Shown: positions 1 through 12,574 of the stretch, one piece after another
How positions within the stretch are numbered: position 1 is the stretch's first letter
Layout of the letters: the number at the start of each line of letters is the position of its first letter
NCBI RefSeq assembly: GCF_009914755.1
Contig: NC_060928.1
DNA length: 64,000 nt
Reading direction: 5' to 3' (one strand)
From: the human T2T-CHM13v2.0 reference genome, Homo sapiens
The notes under the pieces: model-generated
What the model was told of the DNA's origin: nothing
What the model saw: only the letters and a program-made list of their open reading frames with translations
Databases searched by the model: none
Translations under genes and position numbers: made by a program

Positions 1-500
1 AGTTGTCCTGCAGAGTTCAGGTCCAACAATTTCCCTGGAACTAAAGATTCCTATGGGGGCAAGTCAAGCCTATAGTTGGCTTCCCTTGCTATGCTCCACT
101 GCAGACACTGCCATACCAAATCCTCTGGGCTCTGCTTCCATTGGCGTTCTGCCCCTACCACTTCTCTAAGCAACTCTTTCCACCAACTCAAGTGTCCATG
201 CTGGTTGTGGGGTCTCATCCTTCTGTGATTCCAAAGACCCATGGCGAGAGTGGGTTACTCCTTGTCTATTCAACCCACCCATTCCCCTGGAGTCATTGGG
301 GGCCAGGAATGAGTCCTGGTATATGATGACACCCTGCAGGGTTACCAGCTTCGTCTTCTTTCAGCCCAGCTTCTGTGTCTTCCCTCGGTCCAATCTCTGT
401 GCCTACCCTCTGAGATCTGTTTAAGAATGTGCCAGTCATCTTGGCCCTTCAGTGGGAGCTGTTTCACCTGGCTGTGTCTAGTTGACCATCTTTTTCTCTC
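1..500 (-). mobile_element. L1 5' UTR, running to the element's extreme 5' end (old primate L1PB/L1PA15-16 class)
   Basis: Reverse complement from 500 reads GAGAGAAAAAGATGGTCAACTAGACACAGCCAGGTGAAACAGCTCCCACT, the AAGATGG (YY1 site) start of old primate L1 5' ends. The GC-richer UTR sequence continues off the left edge. Confidence 0.75.
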
Positions 501-1360
501 AGACATTTTTCAAAAAAAGACATAAAAGCAGCCAAGAAACATGTGAAAAAAATGTTAAACATCACTGGTCATCATAGAAATGCAAATTAAAATCACAATG
601 GGATATCATCTTACACCAGTGAGAATAGCTAGCCTAAAAACAGATGTTACAAAGGCTATGGAGAGAAGGGAATGCTTATACACTGTATGAATGTGAATTA
701 GTACAGTCTTTATGGAAAACAATATGAAGATTTTGCAAAGAACTAGAAATGGAACTACCATTCAATCCAGAAATATCACTACTGGGTATGTAACTGAAGG
801 GAATTAAATCATTTTATCGGAAAAGGACCTGTACTCATATGTTTATCACAGCACTATTCAAAATAGCAAAGATTTGGAATCAACCAAAGTGTCTATCAAT
901 GGAAGATTGGATAAAGAAAATGTGGTGTGTTTTCTTTATATTGAATACACACACACACACATCATGGAATACTACTCAGCTATAAAAAGAGAATGAAATT
1001 ATGTCTTTTGCAGCAACTTAGATGGAGCTAAAGATCATTATCCTAAATGAAGTAATTAAGAACTAGAAAGTCAAATACCACATCTTCCCACTTACAAGCA
1101 AGACCTAAACAATGGGTACACATTGACATACAGAATGGAATAACAGATAACAGACACTAGAGACTACAAATATGGAGAGGTGGGAGGGGGTAAAGGTTAA
1201 ATATTACCTATTGGATATAATGTTCACTATTTGGGTGATTATTACACCAAAAACCTAGATTTCACCACTGCGCGATATATGCATGTAAGAAGCCTGAACT
1301 TGTACTCCCTAAATATATAGAAATATATTACCAAATAAAATTAAAAACAAAATAAAATCA
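501..1360 (+). mobile_element. L1 3' end (ORF2 C-terminus + 3' UTR + A-rich tail), L1PB-like
   Basis: Degenerate ORF2 end (agacatttttcaaaaaaagacata..., gaactaccattcaatccag). 3' UTR aatgttcactatttgggtga...gcatgtaagaagcctgaacttgtactccctaaa. A-rich tail ~1333-1360. Short (CA)n at ~947-960. Confidence 0.88.
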
Positions 1361-2699
1361 AAGGAGGCTAATGGAAAGATCCACATTGACTTTACAACTT
1401 GTGTTTATCAATGCTGTAGAATAAAAGAATGCAACTGCTTTTTGAAAATGAACTTAAAACCTGCAGAGGTTTAGAAACAGATAGTTGACAAATTGGCATC
1501 AGGAAAAATGACTCTGAAAATGTTTTAGGAAATTTTTTTCCAGAATAGTTACTTAGACGTTTACTTTGACCAGAGGTGCAGCAGGTCATAACAAAGACAA
1601 TTGCAGCCAAGCCTCCCGGGTTTCCTTCCTCTGTCGTCACAATTTGCACCCTGCTGAATGAAATGTCAATCCACTGAACCATGTCAGGGCAATGAGCATA
1701 ATGATAGGAACTCAGTGGTATAAATGAGGTTAATAACTGGTGAGAAAGCAAAGCTTTTTTCCTAGATCCTCTGCATTTTCTTCTCTGCGCAGTGTAGCTC
1801 TTTAGAAATATTGCCTGTCCGTGGAGAGCTAATAGCTCTCGTCATAAAGCTAATACACTGTGCTTCAGTCGTCTTAGAACTCATTTCTGAAGTCACAGTA
1901 ATCTGCCTTTCCTCTACTATGTTTTGTTTTTACTCTTGAAAGCTTTTCTTATTTCCCAAGACTTCAAGCTGAGTGTAAAGCTTTTCTCCTGCTTCTTATG
2001 CCATTTCTAATCAGGGGTGACACTGGTTTTCAGAGACGTTTTTCTAATTTCAATTTTTGATACATAGAAAAGCATCTTGTGAAAGAAATAAAGAGCATAT
2101 TGAAATGTCTCAGACTAGCTTTAATACTGCAGCTTTTTGATCCACGTTCACCTTTCCTTTTCTTTTTTCACCATTCCCTAATTCTCAGCATTGTAGGAGA
2201 AATTTTGCTGTTTGCTGCTGTTACTCCTTGCATTCTCTTTCTTACAAGCTATTTTGAGGATATTGAGTCTCATAATAGACTAAGAGAACCATATATATTT
2301 TTTGAGTTGCCAGGGATTACCTAAAGGCAACTGGATCCATTTGATCACATACTATATCAATGTATCCTTTGCAATCTGTATCTGTGATTTATTTTGCTCA
2401 TATGCCCATTCTTTGAGCTTTTCACTCCTGCTCCTACATACTGAAGGTCTGCAAGCCTTTAAGGAATGAACCTACATAAGCAATCTTGAAACGATATCAA
2501 ATCACAAAGGAAAAGTATGTTAAAAAAAAAAAGACACCTTCATTTCTAATGCTTATCCCCTTGCCTGAAACAGTATCCTCCATGAACAGAATCCTTTGAG
2601 TTCATCTTTGATCACCCTTCCCTTTGCATGTGCCTTTTCCTTTTGTGTTTTAGCTTCTTAAAACATTTGTAGTAATACTTCCTTGGTAGTTAAAGGTTG

Positions 2700-2895
2700 T
2701 CTAGTCCAGGCACTACTTTTACGTAAAGTAACTCCTGTGAGGTATATATTATCATCAGCTTTCTTTCACAAAGAAAACAGTCAAGTAATCTGCTTCAACA
2801 GTTTGCATAAGGAAGTAAGGTGATTTGCTCAAAGTTGCACAGCCAATAAGTGGCAGACCTACAATGTGAATCAGGAGGATTTAGCTCTAGAGATC
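2700..2895 (-). mobile_element. MIR SINE relic
   Basis: gtaaggtgatttgctcaaagttgcacagccaataagtggcagac resembles the antisense MIR core (aagtaacttgcccaaggtcacacagctagtaagtggcagagc). Confidence 0.6.
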
Positions 2896-3414
2896 ATATA
2901 TCCCACAACAACAGCATACAGTGTGCAACAGGCTCACATATAGCTTAAGGGAATCAATGTATAGTCAGCAACGTATGCTTTGAAGCATAGTTCTCCCTCT
3001 TAATAACATTTATGATAGTGGACATATTACTTTGCTTTTTGAGCTTCAGCATTGTTATTGGTAAAACAAAACTAATAATCTTGTTCTAATTGTGATTTTT
3101 TATGGATTAAATTTAAAAAATGTATAAATACTACCTGTAACTTTCTGATGAGAAAAACAAGACATGGAGAGATTAAAAGACAGGTATGGCCATTTATTTA
3201 AATTTATGTAAATATATATATTCATAACTATATATATATTTTTAATATAGTATTGAATAATATTTTTTCTTTTGGCTATAACTTCCATTTCCTGGACATA
3301 CAAAATTATCTTCTCCAGCTAACCCCATTTCTTACTCCTCCAACAAGGTCAGCTCTTCTCTGGGATCCATTGATTTGAGTATCCTATCATTCACAGTGTT
3401 ATTTAAATTTTCAG

Positions 3415-5488
3415 TGTATTTCATTTTATATCCCACCAACAGTGTAGGAAATGTATAAATTCTTCACATTCATATCAACATTTGTCATCTTTTGTCTTTT
3501 GTTAACAGCCATCCTAACAATGACAATGAGGTTTTATCTCATTGTTGTCTTTATTTGCATTCCCCTGATGATCAGTGATTTTGTGTATCTTTTCATATAC
3601 CCATTAGTCATTTTTATGTCTTCTTTGGATAACTATTTATTTCAGTCCTTTTCTCATTTTAAAATCATGTTATTTTTGTTTTTGAACTGTAGGAGTCACA
3701 TATATTTTGAATATTAACCCCTTATCAGATACATAGTTTGTGAATGTTTTCTGTTATGGTGTAGTTTGCCTTTTCATTCTTGATTATTTCATTTGATAAG
3801 CAGAGGATTTTTAGTTTGATGTAGTCTCATTTGTCTAATCATTGCTTTTGTATTGTACCTTTGGGTCATATCTAAGAAATTATTGCCCAAACCAATCTTG
3901 TAGAACTTTTCCTCTGTTTTCTTCTAGGAGTTTTACTATTTTAGGTTTTAAGTTTTTAACCCAACTTGAATTGATTTTTGTGTATGGTGCAATATAAGGG
4001 TCCAATTTCATCATTTTACATGTATATATCAAGTTTTCCCAACTTCATTTTTTGAAGGGATGATCCATCCACCATTGTGTATTCTTTGCACTCTTTTCAA
4101 AGATCAATTGTCTGTATATGCAAAGGTTTATCTCTGGGCACCCTATGCTATTCCATTGGTCTGTACATCTGTTTTTCATGCCAGCACCATATTGTTTTAA
4201 TTTCTGTAGCTTTGTAATATATTTTGAAATCCTAAAGTGTGATGCCTCTAGCTTCATTTTTTTCCTGTCAAGGTTGCTTTGGATATTCAGAGTCTTTTGT
4301 GGATCCATATAAATTTTAACATTTCTTTTTCTATTTCTGTAAAAATGCCATTGGGATTTTGATAGAGATCACAGTAAATCTGTAGATCATTTTGGGTAGT
4401 ATGCATATTTTAACAAACTAAGTCTTCCAATCCATGAACATAGGATATTTTTCTATGTATTTGCCTTTTCTTTAATTTCTTCCATCAATGTTTTGTAGAT
4501 TTCAGTGTACATGTTTTTCACCTCCTTAATTCATTTGAATCCTAAGCATTTTATTCTTTTTGATGCTATTGTAAATGAGATTGTTGTCTTAATTTTTTGA
4601 TGGGTGAGGATGGTTTGTTGTTAATATGTAGAAATATAGAATCTTGGTAAGTAAGCAAGAACAAGGAAGTGCTCTCAGGTGCAGGAGAGTATTCTGAGAA
4701 ATGGCTAACTACAGACAACTCACTGGCACAACATCCTGTTCATAGCCCCAGCAGCATGATCTTATCTGCACATAGTCCCTCTAGCCCCAACTCTTTAAAT
4801 CTGCTTGCAGCCCCAGCAGCATGACCTTATCTGCACATAGTCCCTCTAGCACCACCCTTTAAAACTTCACTCCAGCCCTTCCCTCTTGGCAGACAGCACC
4901 TTCTCTGCTGTGCTGCCCATTGCTTCCTTACAACATACTATCTCTCTAGTAAACTTTTTTCTTTAACTCACTGCTGTTTTGGTAAATTATTTTACCACTC
5001 ACAACATTAGTGATAATCAGTTGCAACCAGTGACGAGAAAAATAGTTGATTTTTGTTATGTTGATTTGTATTATTCAGTTTTACTAATTGTATTTATTAG
5101 CTCTGACAGGGTTTTATTTGCTTTTTTGGTTGTAGTTGTAGTCTATAGGGCTTTCTACATGTACAAACGTTTCATTTGGGAATAGTGCTGATTTTACCTC
5201 TTTCTTTCTGAGTTGGATGTTACTTACTTATTCATTTATAGTCTAATTGTTCTGGCTAGGCCTTATAGTACTATGCTGAATAGAAATAAAAAGAGTGGAC
5301 AGCCTCACTTTGTTCTTCATTTTAGAGCAAAAGTATCCAGTCTTTCACCACTGAGTATGATGATAGCTGTGAGCTTGTCATGTGCGGCCTATAAAGGATA
5401 AAAGAGGTAGATACCTTCTATGCCTCATTTGTTTTGTAGATAATTTTTATCATGAAAGAGCATTTAATTATGTTTGATGCTTTTTGTC
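3415..5488 (-). mobile_element. L1M (L1MA/L1MB-age) ORF2 segment, inverted arm; interrupted by a solo LTR at 4635-5035
   Basis: Antisense ORF2 motifs run from tcccaccaacagtgt (HCWWEC region) at the left to ttttatcatgaaag...atgctttt (KAFDKIQHPFM region) at the right. ORF 4045..4308 translates to degenerate ORF2 (TDQWNSI, QLIFEK). Confidence 0.88.
4635..5035 (+). mobile_element. Solo LTR, MER87-like (ERV1), inserted in L1
   Basis: Interrupts contiguous L1 sequence and is flanked by AGAAA at 4630-4634 and 5036-5040. Contains cagccccagcagcatgaccttatctgcac and ttctctgctgtgctgcccattgc, a degenerate poly(A) signal (agtaaa), and ends ...ttgcaaccagtgacg. Confidence 0.7.
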
Positions 5489-6480
5489 CCTCAAAAAACA
5501 AAACAAACAAAATACAAACAACAAAAGAAAAAGACAAGAGAATTACTAAGTGATCCAGCAACCCCACTATGGACATATATCCAGAAGAACTGAAATCCGG
5601 ATCTCAAAGAGTTATCTGACTCCCATGTTCATTATTACAAACTGTATTTACAATAGCCAAACTGTGAAAACAAGCTACATTTCCATTGACAGATGAATGG
5701 AAAATAAAATTTGGTATATGCAAAGAATGGAGTATTACTTAGCCTTAAAATAGAGAAATACTACCATAGGTGACAACATAGATGAACCTGGGGACATTAT
5801 GCTAAGTGAATTAAGCCAGTCACAGAATGAAAAATGTTACATGATTCCACTTATATGAGGTATCTAAAATAGTCAAACTAATAGAAACAGAGAGTATAAT
5901 AGTGGTTACTTGATGCTGCTGGAGGGAAGGTGAAATGGTAAATTGCTCTTCAAGGGGTATAAAGTTTGAGTTATAAAAGATGAGTAAGTTCTAGAGATAT
6001 GCTGTACAACATTATGCATATAGTCAACAGTACTGTATTTTGCAATTAAAACCTTAACGGGAGGCTGGGAGCGGTGACTCATGCCTGTAATCCCAGCACT
6101 TTGGGAGGCCAAGGCCGGTGGATCATGAGGTCCGGAGATCGAGACCATCCCAGCTCACACGGAGAAACCCCGTCTCTACTAAAAATATAAAAAATACAAA
6201 AAAATTAGCTGGGTGTGTTGGCAGGCACCTGTTGTCCCAGCTACTCGGGAGGCTGAGCAGGAGAATGGCATGAACCTGGGAGGCAGAGCTTGCAGTGAGC
6301 CGAGATCACTCCATTGCACTCCAGCCTGTGCGAGACTCCATCTCAAAATCAAACAAGAAAGCAAAAACAAAAAAAAAAAAAACAAAAATAAAACAACAGC
6401 AACAACAACAAAAAAACCTTAACAGAGCTCATGCTAAATGTACTTACCACAATTAAAAAAAAAAAAAAAAGAAAAAGAAA
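5489..6480 (+). mobile_element. L1MA9/L1MB-like 3' end (non-inverted arm) with poly(A); interrupted by Alu
   Basis: cctcaaaaaa...gaattactaagtgatccagcaacccc (ELPYDPAIP region). 3' UTR gttctagagatatgctgtacaacatt...ctcatgctaaatgtacttaccacaatt. A-tail ~6455-6480. Confidence 0.85.
6063..6412 (+). mobile_element. AluY-like SINE with long degenerate A-tail
   Basis: Full dimer with Y-type diagnostics (ggatcatgaggtc, gagaccatcc, ggagaatggcatgaacc, gagcttgcagtgagc). TSD AAAACCTTAAC at 6048-6058 and 6413-6423. Confidence 0.95.
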
Positions 6481-6737
6481 AGAATCTTGCTACTGTATTT
6501 GTCTATTCCCCTAAGGATGGGCTTCCTTTCTTTCATGTGCAAATTTCTCAAGTTAATCTAAGCATTCAAGATTGGCTAAATGTGAGAACTGTAAAGAGTT
6601 GAAGGACTCTTTACAAATTATAAAATTTGAATAGCATTTAATGACAATGCCATTGATATCTGGTCCTGTAATGTATCATTAAAACTTCTGTCCTGGAGAT
6701 GAAGACATACAGGAACCCAAAAAGAACAAGGAGAAAA

Positions 6738-6781
6738 TATCTCACTGCACTTTTCACTGTATCTCACTGCACTTTTCACTG
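6738..6781. repeat. Perfect 22-bp tandem duplication
   Basis: TATCTCACTGCACTTTTCACTG occurs twice head-to-tail (6738-6759, 6760-6781). Confidence 0.95.
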
Positions 6782-8742
6782 TATACTGTATTGTTTCTTT
6801 CCAAGCAAAATTCCAGAACTGATTTCCAACAATGCTTTGATAACAAGTTCTAAGGCAATAGATTGTTTCATATGTGATGTACTTTTCTCAAATAACTTTG
6901 GGAGATTTGGCTAGATATATAAACCTGGTGACCAAGTATTGAGGAAGTAATACTATTTTATATGCTCCTGATTGAAGAGTCACTTTATTGTTCTTTTTAA
7001 GTTTTATAATTTAGCATCATCAATGTGTTTCACATTGCTCTCTACTGTGCCCCAAGCACATTACATATAGAAATTAAAAAATAAAAACATCTGTGTTCTG
7101 GATCTACTTGCTAGTTATCAGACCAATTACATATGTTCTTGCTTCTTGCTATTCTAAAGAGAATCCTTGTGTAAATATAGTCATTTTTAATTATACTTCG
7201 TGATTTACTTTCAAGGAAAATGTTCCCCCACACACAGATTTATCATTTTCTGTGTTCCACATGCATTTTAATCCCTAAATTACAAAATATTTGTTATATC
7301 ACAGTTACCTTGTTGTCTAGTAATCTAGTTTTTAGTAACCTAGTTGATATTATATGACAAAATAATGTTTAGTAAGAACTGACTTGGCACTCAGCACATT
7401 ATTCAGTTCGGTGGGCGATATATAGTCTGAAATAGCCCAAATGTCAATAAGACTTACAGCCTAGCTGGGAGAGGGGCACGATGAAAACATGTAAGAACAT
7501 ACTAAATATGTATTTATACATTGAGGAGTCAATAATTTCTATAGGAACTTCTCCATCATTACAGACATTATGAAGAGCAAGAAAATGTTGTATGGGTACT
7601 AAAATATTGGGATATTTAAAAACGTTTTCTTCATAAGGTGCCCACACAGTAATGGATCATCTGGAAAGAAATAAGTCAAGATGCATTCATTATCAAACAA
7701 GAATGACAGATTGACAAACAGAAAACACTTTTTCCTGGTAAGTGAATGATAAATGCATACACAATGCACTCTGAGAGCAGAGAGGATGGGAATTAAAATT
7801 CAGCCCTCCCTGTGTTAGTTGGTCAGGAAGAACAGCCTTGTGAAGATAATTGTAACCCAAATGCAGAGAGGAGCTTGAGCAAAGACATGAAATTTCAGCT
7901 GCAAGTAAACTCCTATCACTGGAGTATAAAAATCAAGACTAGTCTCATAGGAGATAGGCTGGGTATGTAGAACAGGAGCAAGTTCTGTAGTTTGGCAACA
8001 CCGAATAAATGTGACGTTACTCACGCAGTCTGTAAGCTAGACCTTGCCCATAAGGGCAGGTCAATATGGAGGCTCTTTAAATCACTTACACTCATAGACA
8101 TTAATATTCTAGGTAATATTGTGATCACTTTTATAGGCTATGGAAATAACCCATATTTATACAACATGATATATCAGAAAATGATGTGTCTTTGCCTCCC
8201 AAGTGCATTAAAATGTGCACCTTCCTACCTATTGCCCCTGTTTAGTGTGGGAAGGATGAAAGCTAATGAAGGGAATGGAAGCATACAAGTATACCTTGTG
8301 CTTTCAACAAACTGATGTACTTTCTTTCAGTGTTGAGACTGACTTTGGTGAATGTAAGAGTCTTAGAAGGAATCTCTTATATCAGAGCTATAAATTTGAA
8401 TAATGTTGTGGCTTCAGTCAATGTTTAAACATTTGTTTATTGTAATAGAATTTTGGATAGACTATCTGAAACATTATTTTTATATTCTGGGTTAGTAATT
8501 ACTAATTTGGGTAATTGCAATTTTGCTATTCCCAAATTACAATTTTGTGTTAGAAGTATTTTCTTTTGTACTTTTCCTATTTCAAATTTCTATGATTGAG
8601 TTATATTTGTAAATTTCTGTCTTAATATTGGTTGCTAAATACATATTGTTTCTCATACAAGTTTCATAATATGCATTACAAAATTTACAATGTTATTGAT
8701 GATACACATAAAGAAACAATCATAAAATATATCAATTTTATA

Positions 8743-8761
8743 TGGTCAGCAGATGGCAGTG
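8743..8761 (+). promoter_or_regulatory. Candidate CTCF binding site
   Basis: TGGTCAGCAGATGGCAGTG matches the CTCF core (CCASYAGRKGGCRS) with one deviation, in otherwise very AT-rich unique DNA. Motif match only. Confidence 0.5.
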
Positions 8762-9308
8762 TTTCTGAGCTGGTGAGTACACCTTCCTGTTAACCTACCA
8801 ATTTTGAAGTTTGGGGTTTGAAATATAGTTTTTTTTTTATTTTTAAAATTCGAATACTATACCTTTTTATTGGAAAATGTGTTAATGTTTTTGGAAAATT
8901 TAAGTACAGTAAATCTGGGGAGCACTTTTCTCATGATTTTGATCCACCTTTGTTTCTTTCAGTTTTTCTTTTTCACCCATCTTGCAGATTTCCTTCCTTC
9001 CTTTTCCCTATTTTCCTTTATTCTTTCTCCATATTTTCATTCCTTGACTCTTCTTATATTTCTTATGCCATTATTTTTTGTTGCTATTTAAAACTATTCT
9101 TTAAAAAACCCTTCATTTGGAAAGTTAAAATTTAATATAAATGCAAAGCGTTCAATGTAAAGATTAGTCTCGCAAAAGAAAAGAGTTTTGTAGAAGCTGT
9201 CAGTGAGTCTATGTATGAAAAACACTTTTACTCAGAATAATGCTTTTAAAGTTAGAATAATTGACAGATTATTGTTTGCTGATTAATTTAAATAACCCAA
9301 ATTATCTA

Positions 9309-9675
<367 letters not shown>

Positions 9676-10614
9676 TTAACTGTTTTAATATAGAAAATGC
9701 CATCCTAACGCTTTCAAGATGCTTGGACTTACCTGTATTTTCACAAGCTGTGAAGTGTATTTACAGAGTTAGTTTTGAGCTGTTTGGGAGATATTCCTTT
9801 ATCTTGGTGTCAAATTATTTTGTTTGTATTTTTGTGTTTTACTTAAGATCCTTCAGGTCTTGCTTTAAGTAAAAACTTCTTGTCCTATAGGGCAATTGAA
9901 TTTTGTCATGGGTATTTCATAGCTAATGATTGTACATTGGATATTGTTTGAAGCAAGAAAAATGAAGAACTATTTAATGAATAAAGGCTCTATTTGTTTT
10001 TATTCTAAAAGCTTACTGTGGTATGTAGGGAAAGGGTCATATTTTAATTAAGGCCATTAGTAGCTATTGATTAACTTTCATTGGTATTTCAAGAGTATGT
10101 TTAACTTTTTGTATTTGTGTGCTTCTTATTAAGAAGCTTAACTCAATGAACATGTTTTTATTTAGAATATAGCCAGTTATAAACCCTCCATTTGCTATTC
10201 ATACAAACATTGTGGTCAGAAGTTCGAATCTTCTATCACTTGCAATTAAGGCATTAGTTACTGTTTGATGGAAAGAAGCAAACTGACCAATCCAAATCTT
10301 TGCTTATTGTATATTTAACATTCCTATGTGTACACCTTCTCTGAAGTGCCAAGGAGGACCCTGAAAAACATCTCTGGACATAGTTCAGGGTTGTAGGGAA
10401 ACTCGTTCCTAGCATTTACAGCAATAGTGAGCAAATTGCCAATACTTGGGCAGAAGAACATAGAGAAGTCCTATAAAATTTAAAATTTAAACTTTAAGTA
10501 AAAGCTTATTATTATTGTTTTTACTCAAATTATAAAATACAATACTTTTCTATTTTAAAAGTACATAATAAAGATACTTAACACTTTTTGAACAACTATA
10601 TCAAGAATTTTAAG

Positions 10615-10690
10615 TATGAATGTATTCTCATTATCTTCATCCTATAGCTGAGCAAATTGAGGCTTAGGAAGATAAGACAGCTGGGTATTG
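10615..10690 (-). mobile_element. MIR core fragment
   Basis: cattatcttcatcctatagctgagcaaattgaggcttaggaagataag resembles the antisense MIR core (attatccccattttacagatgaggaaactgaggctcagag). Confidence 0.5.
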
Positions 10691-11861
10691 GTTTATTCTT
10701 TAGGGAATGAGAATACATAGAAAGTCTTTAAAAAACAACTAACCAACCAACCAATAAACAAATACACCAGAGGATAGCATGATTAGAGCTAATATAGAGA
10801 GAGACCTCTGAGGGCATTGTGTAAGAATCTTGTTTGAAAGAAAGTACAGAGACTATTGGGTGGCCCAAACAGTAGGAGGTAATTCAGATCTGTATAGCGG
10901 CAGTAGTACAGAAAATTGAGAAGAAAGTGTAGATACAAGAAACATCAAAGTTCAGCTTGACATAATTGATTTCCTTTGTGTTGAGAGCAAAAGAGGATGA
11001 AATCTACTTAACTTTATAGTAGACTCTTTGAAGTTTTTTCCTGTTTACTCTGACGTCTACTCAAAGGGCCAGGGAACTCAATAAATATAAATACATTGAA
11101 ATGAAGCTGCTTTTAACACCTTAAAAATTTAATGTGATTTTTCCCCTTAGATAGATCTATAATTAACAAATGTGGGTTGATTTAATATGAAATGGATAAC
11201 ATTATTTGTCTCCTTTGTATCTCCTGAGAGGCACAAAATCAAAATTCACAAAGGCAGGCATTAGAGAATTAAGGCACAACCTTTTTTTTTTCTTTCTGGC
11301 TTTGAAAAATATTAGCATTTGAGATAAATAGGTAATTCATACTGGAGTACTCAAAAATTAAAATGATTTAAAAATAATAATACCATGAATAAAATAGAGA
11401 AAAAAGGGAGAAAGCATAACGTAGACCCAAACCATACGTTAGTCCTAAAAACAAACCCCCCAAAATTGCATGTTATTCTAGTTAACAGTGTAAACAGAGT
11501 CTTGAATTGAAAATATCTTTACTACCGTCTATTACTGGTGCAAGCTCATCCTTCCTTTCAACTAGTTAGATGCTTTTGAATAATCTTCATCAGACATATT
11601 GAACAGTTCACTCAGCTGGGAAATTATGGACAAGGGACCTGGGAAGAGAAAAAGACTTCTTCATTTGCCCAGTAAGAAGTCAATTGTTAAAAAAAAATTA
11701 GATTTTTATTAGAAGATAGAATATTACTCTTATTGAGACATGTATTATCCATAACTCCCTATAATTTCACACATGTGAAAAGAGGAATTATATGCAAGCT
11801 AGACAAAAGATCATATACTGAATTCTCACTAGGTACAAAGTACTTTACGTTTTCTCAGTGA

Positions 11862-11930
11862 CCTTATTATTATCCTCATTTTACGGATGAGAAAATCAAG
11901 GCTGAAAGAAATTAAATAACATGCATGAGA
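11862..11930 (-). mobile_element. MIR core fragment
   Basis: ttattattatcctcattttacggatgagaaaatcaaggctgaaagaaattaaataac. Confidence 0.6.
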
Positions 11931-12574
11931 CTTCAAAAAATCTGCCTTTAGATTACTTATAATTACTAAACTGCAACTTGGATAGTTCACTTGTAATAAA
12001 TGCTAAATTAAAATATTAATATTTAATGTTTAATGTTTGGAATATGTTTTCTGAGGAAAATATTTTTCTTCCTTAAAAAGTTATAATGTTATGAAAATAT
12101 CCATATATGTTTGTACATGTCAGAGTGATTATGGAAGAAAAAATAGCATTATAGAAGACAATGTATTCTCTACATACATCTGTTTTCTTGTGTATAATTT
12201 TGGTTTTTAATGATGTTGCCTGTCTATGAAAAATTAAAGTGCCAATAAATTCCCAGATGGTCACTGATATTTATAAGTCTCTAGATATTCATTATGCTTT
12301 AAATGGTAGTAAGATAATTAGTTTTGAAAATATGAATGGCAAGTTGAAATTATATTACCACATACATTACAGACCAAGTGAGAATAACTGTCCACTGCTT
12401 TATGACTTATCTAGCTCTACTTTATGGATATATAAGGCTTCCATATGTGCAGAGTAAATGAGAATTCAAGATTTAAATTAATTTTCAAGGACTTTTCTGG
12501 AGTTAAAATATAAGAGTTTTATTTTCTTACATTTAAGTCAATGGAAATGAATTCTTGTACAATTATATTTTGGA

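Noticed and set aside
1392-1751. 119-aa minus-strand ORF in unique DNA
   Set aside because: Non-ATG start, no recognisable domain, composition consistent with chance.
7540-8780. Strong plus-strand donors CTG|GTAAGT (GT at 7738) and CTG|GTGAGT (GT at 8773) as possible lncRNA exon ends
   Set aside because: No convincing paired acceptor or reading frame; isolated consensus donors are expected by chance in 64 kb.
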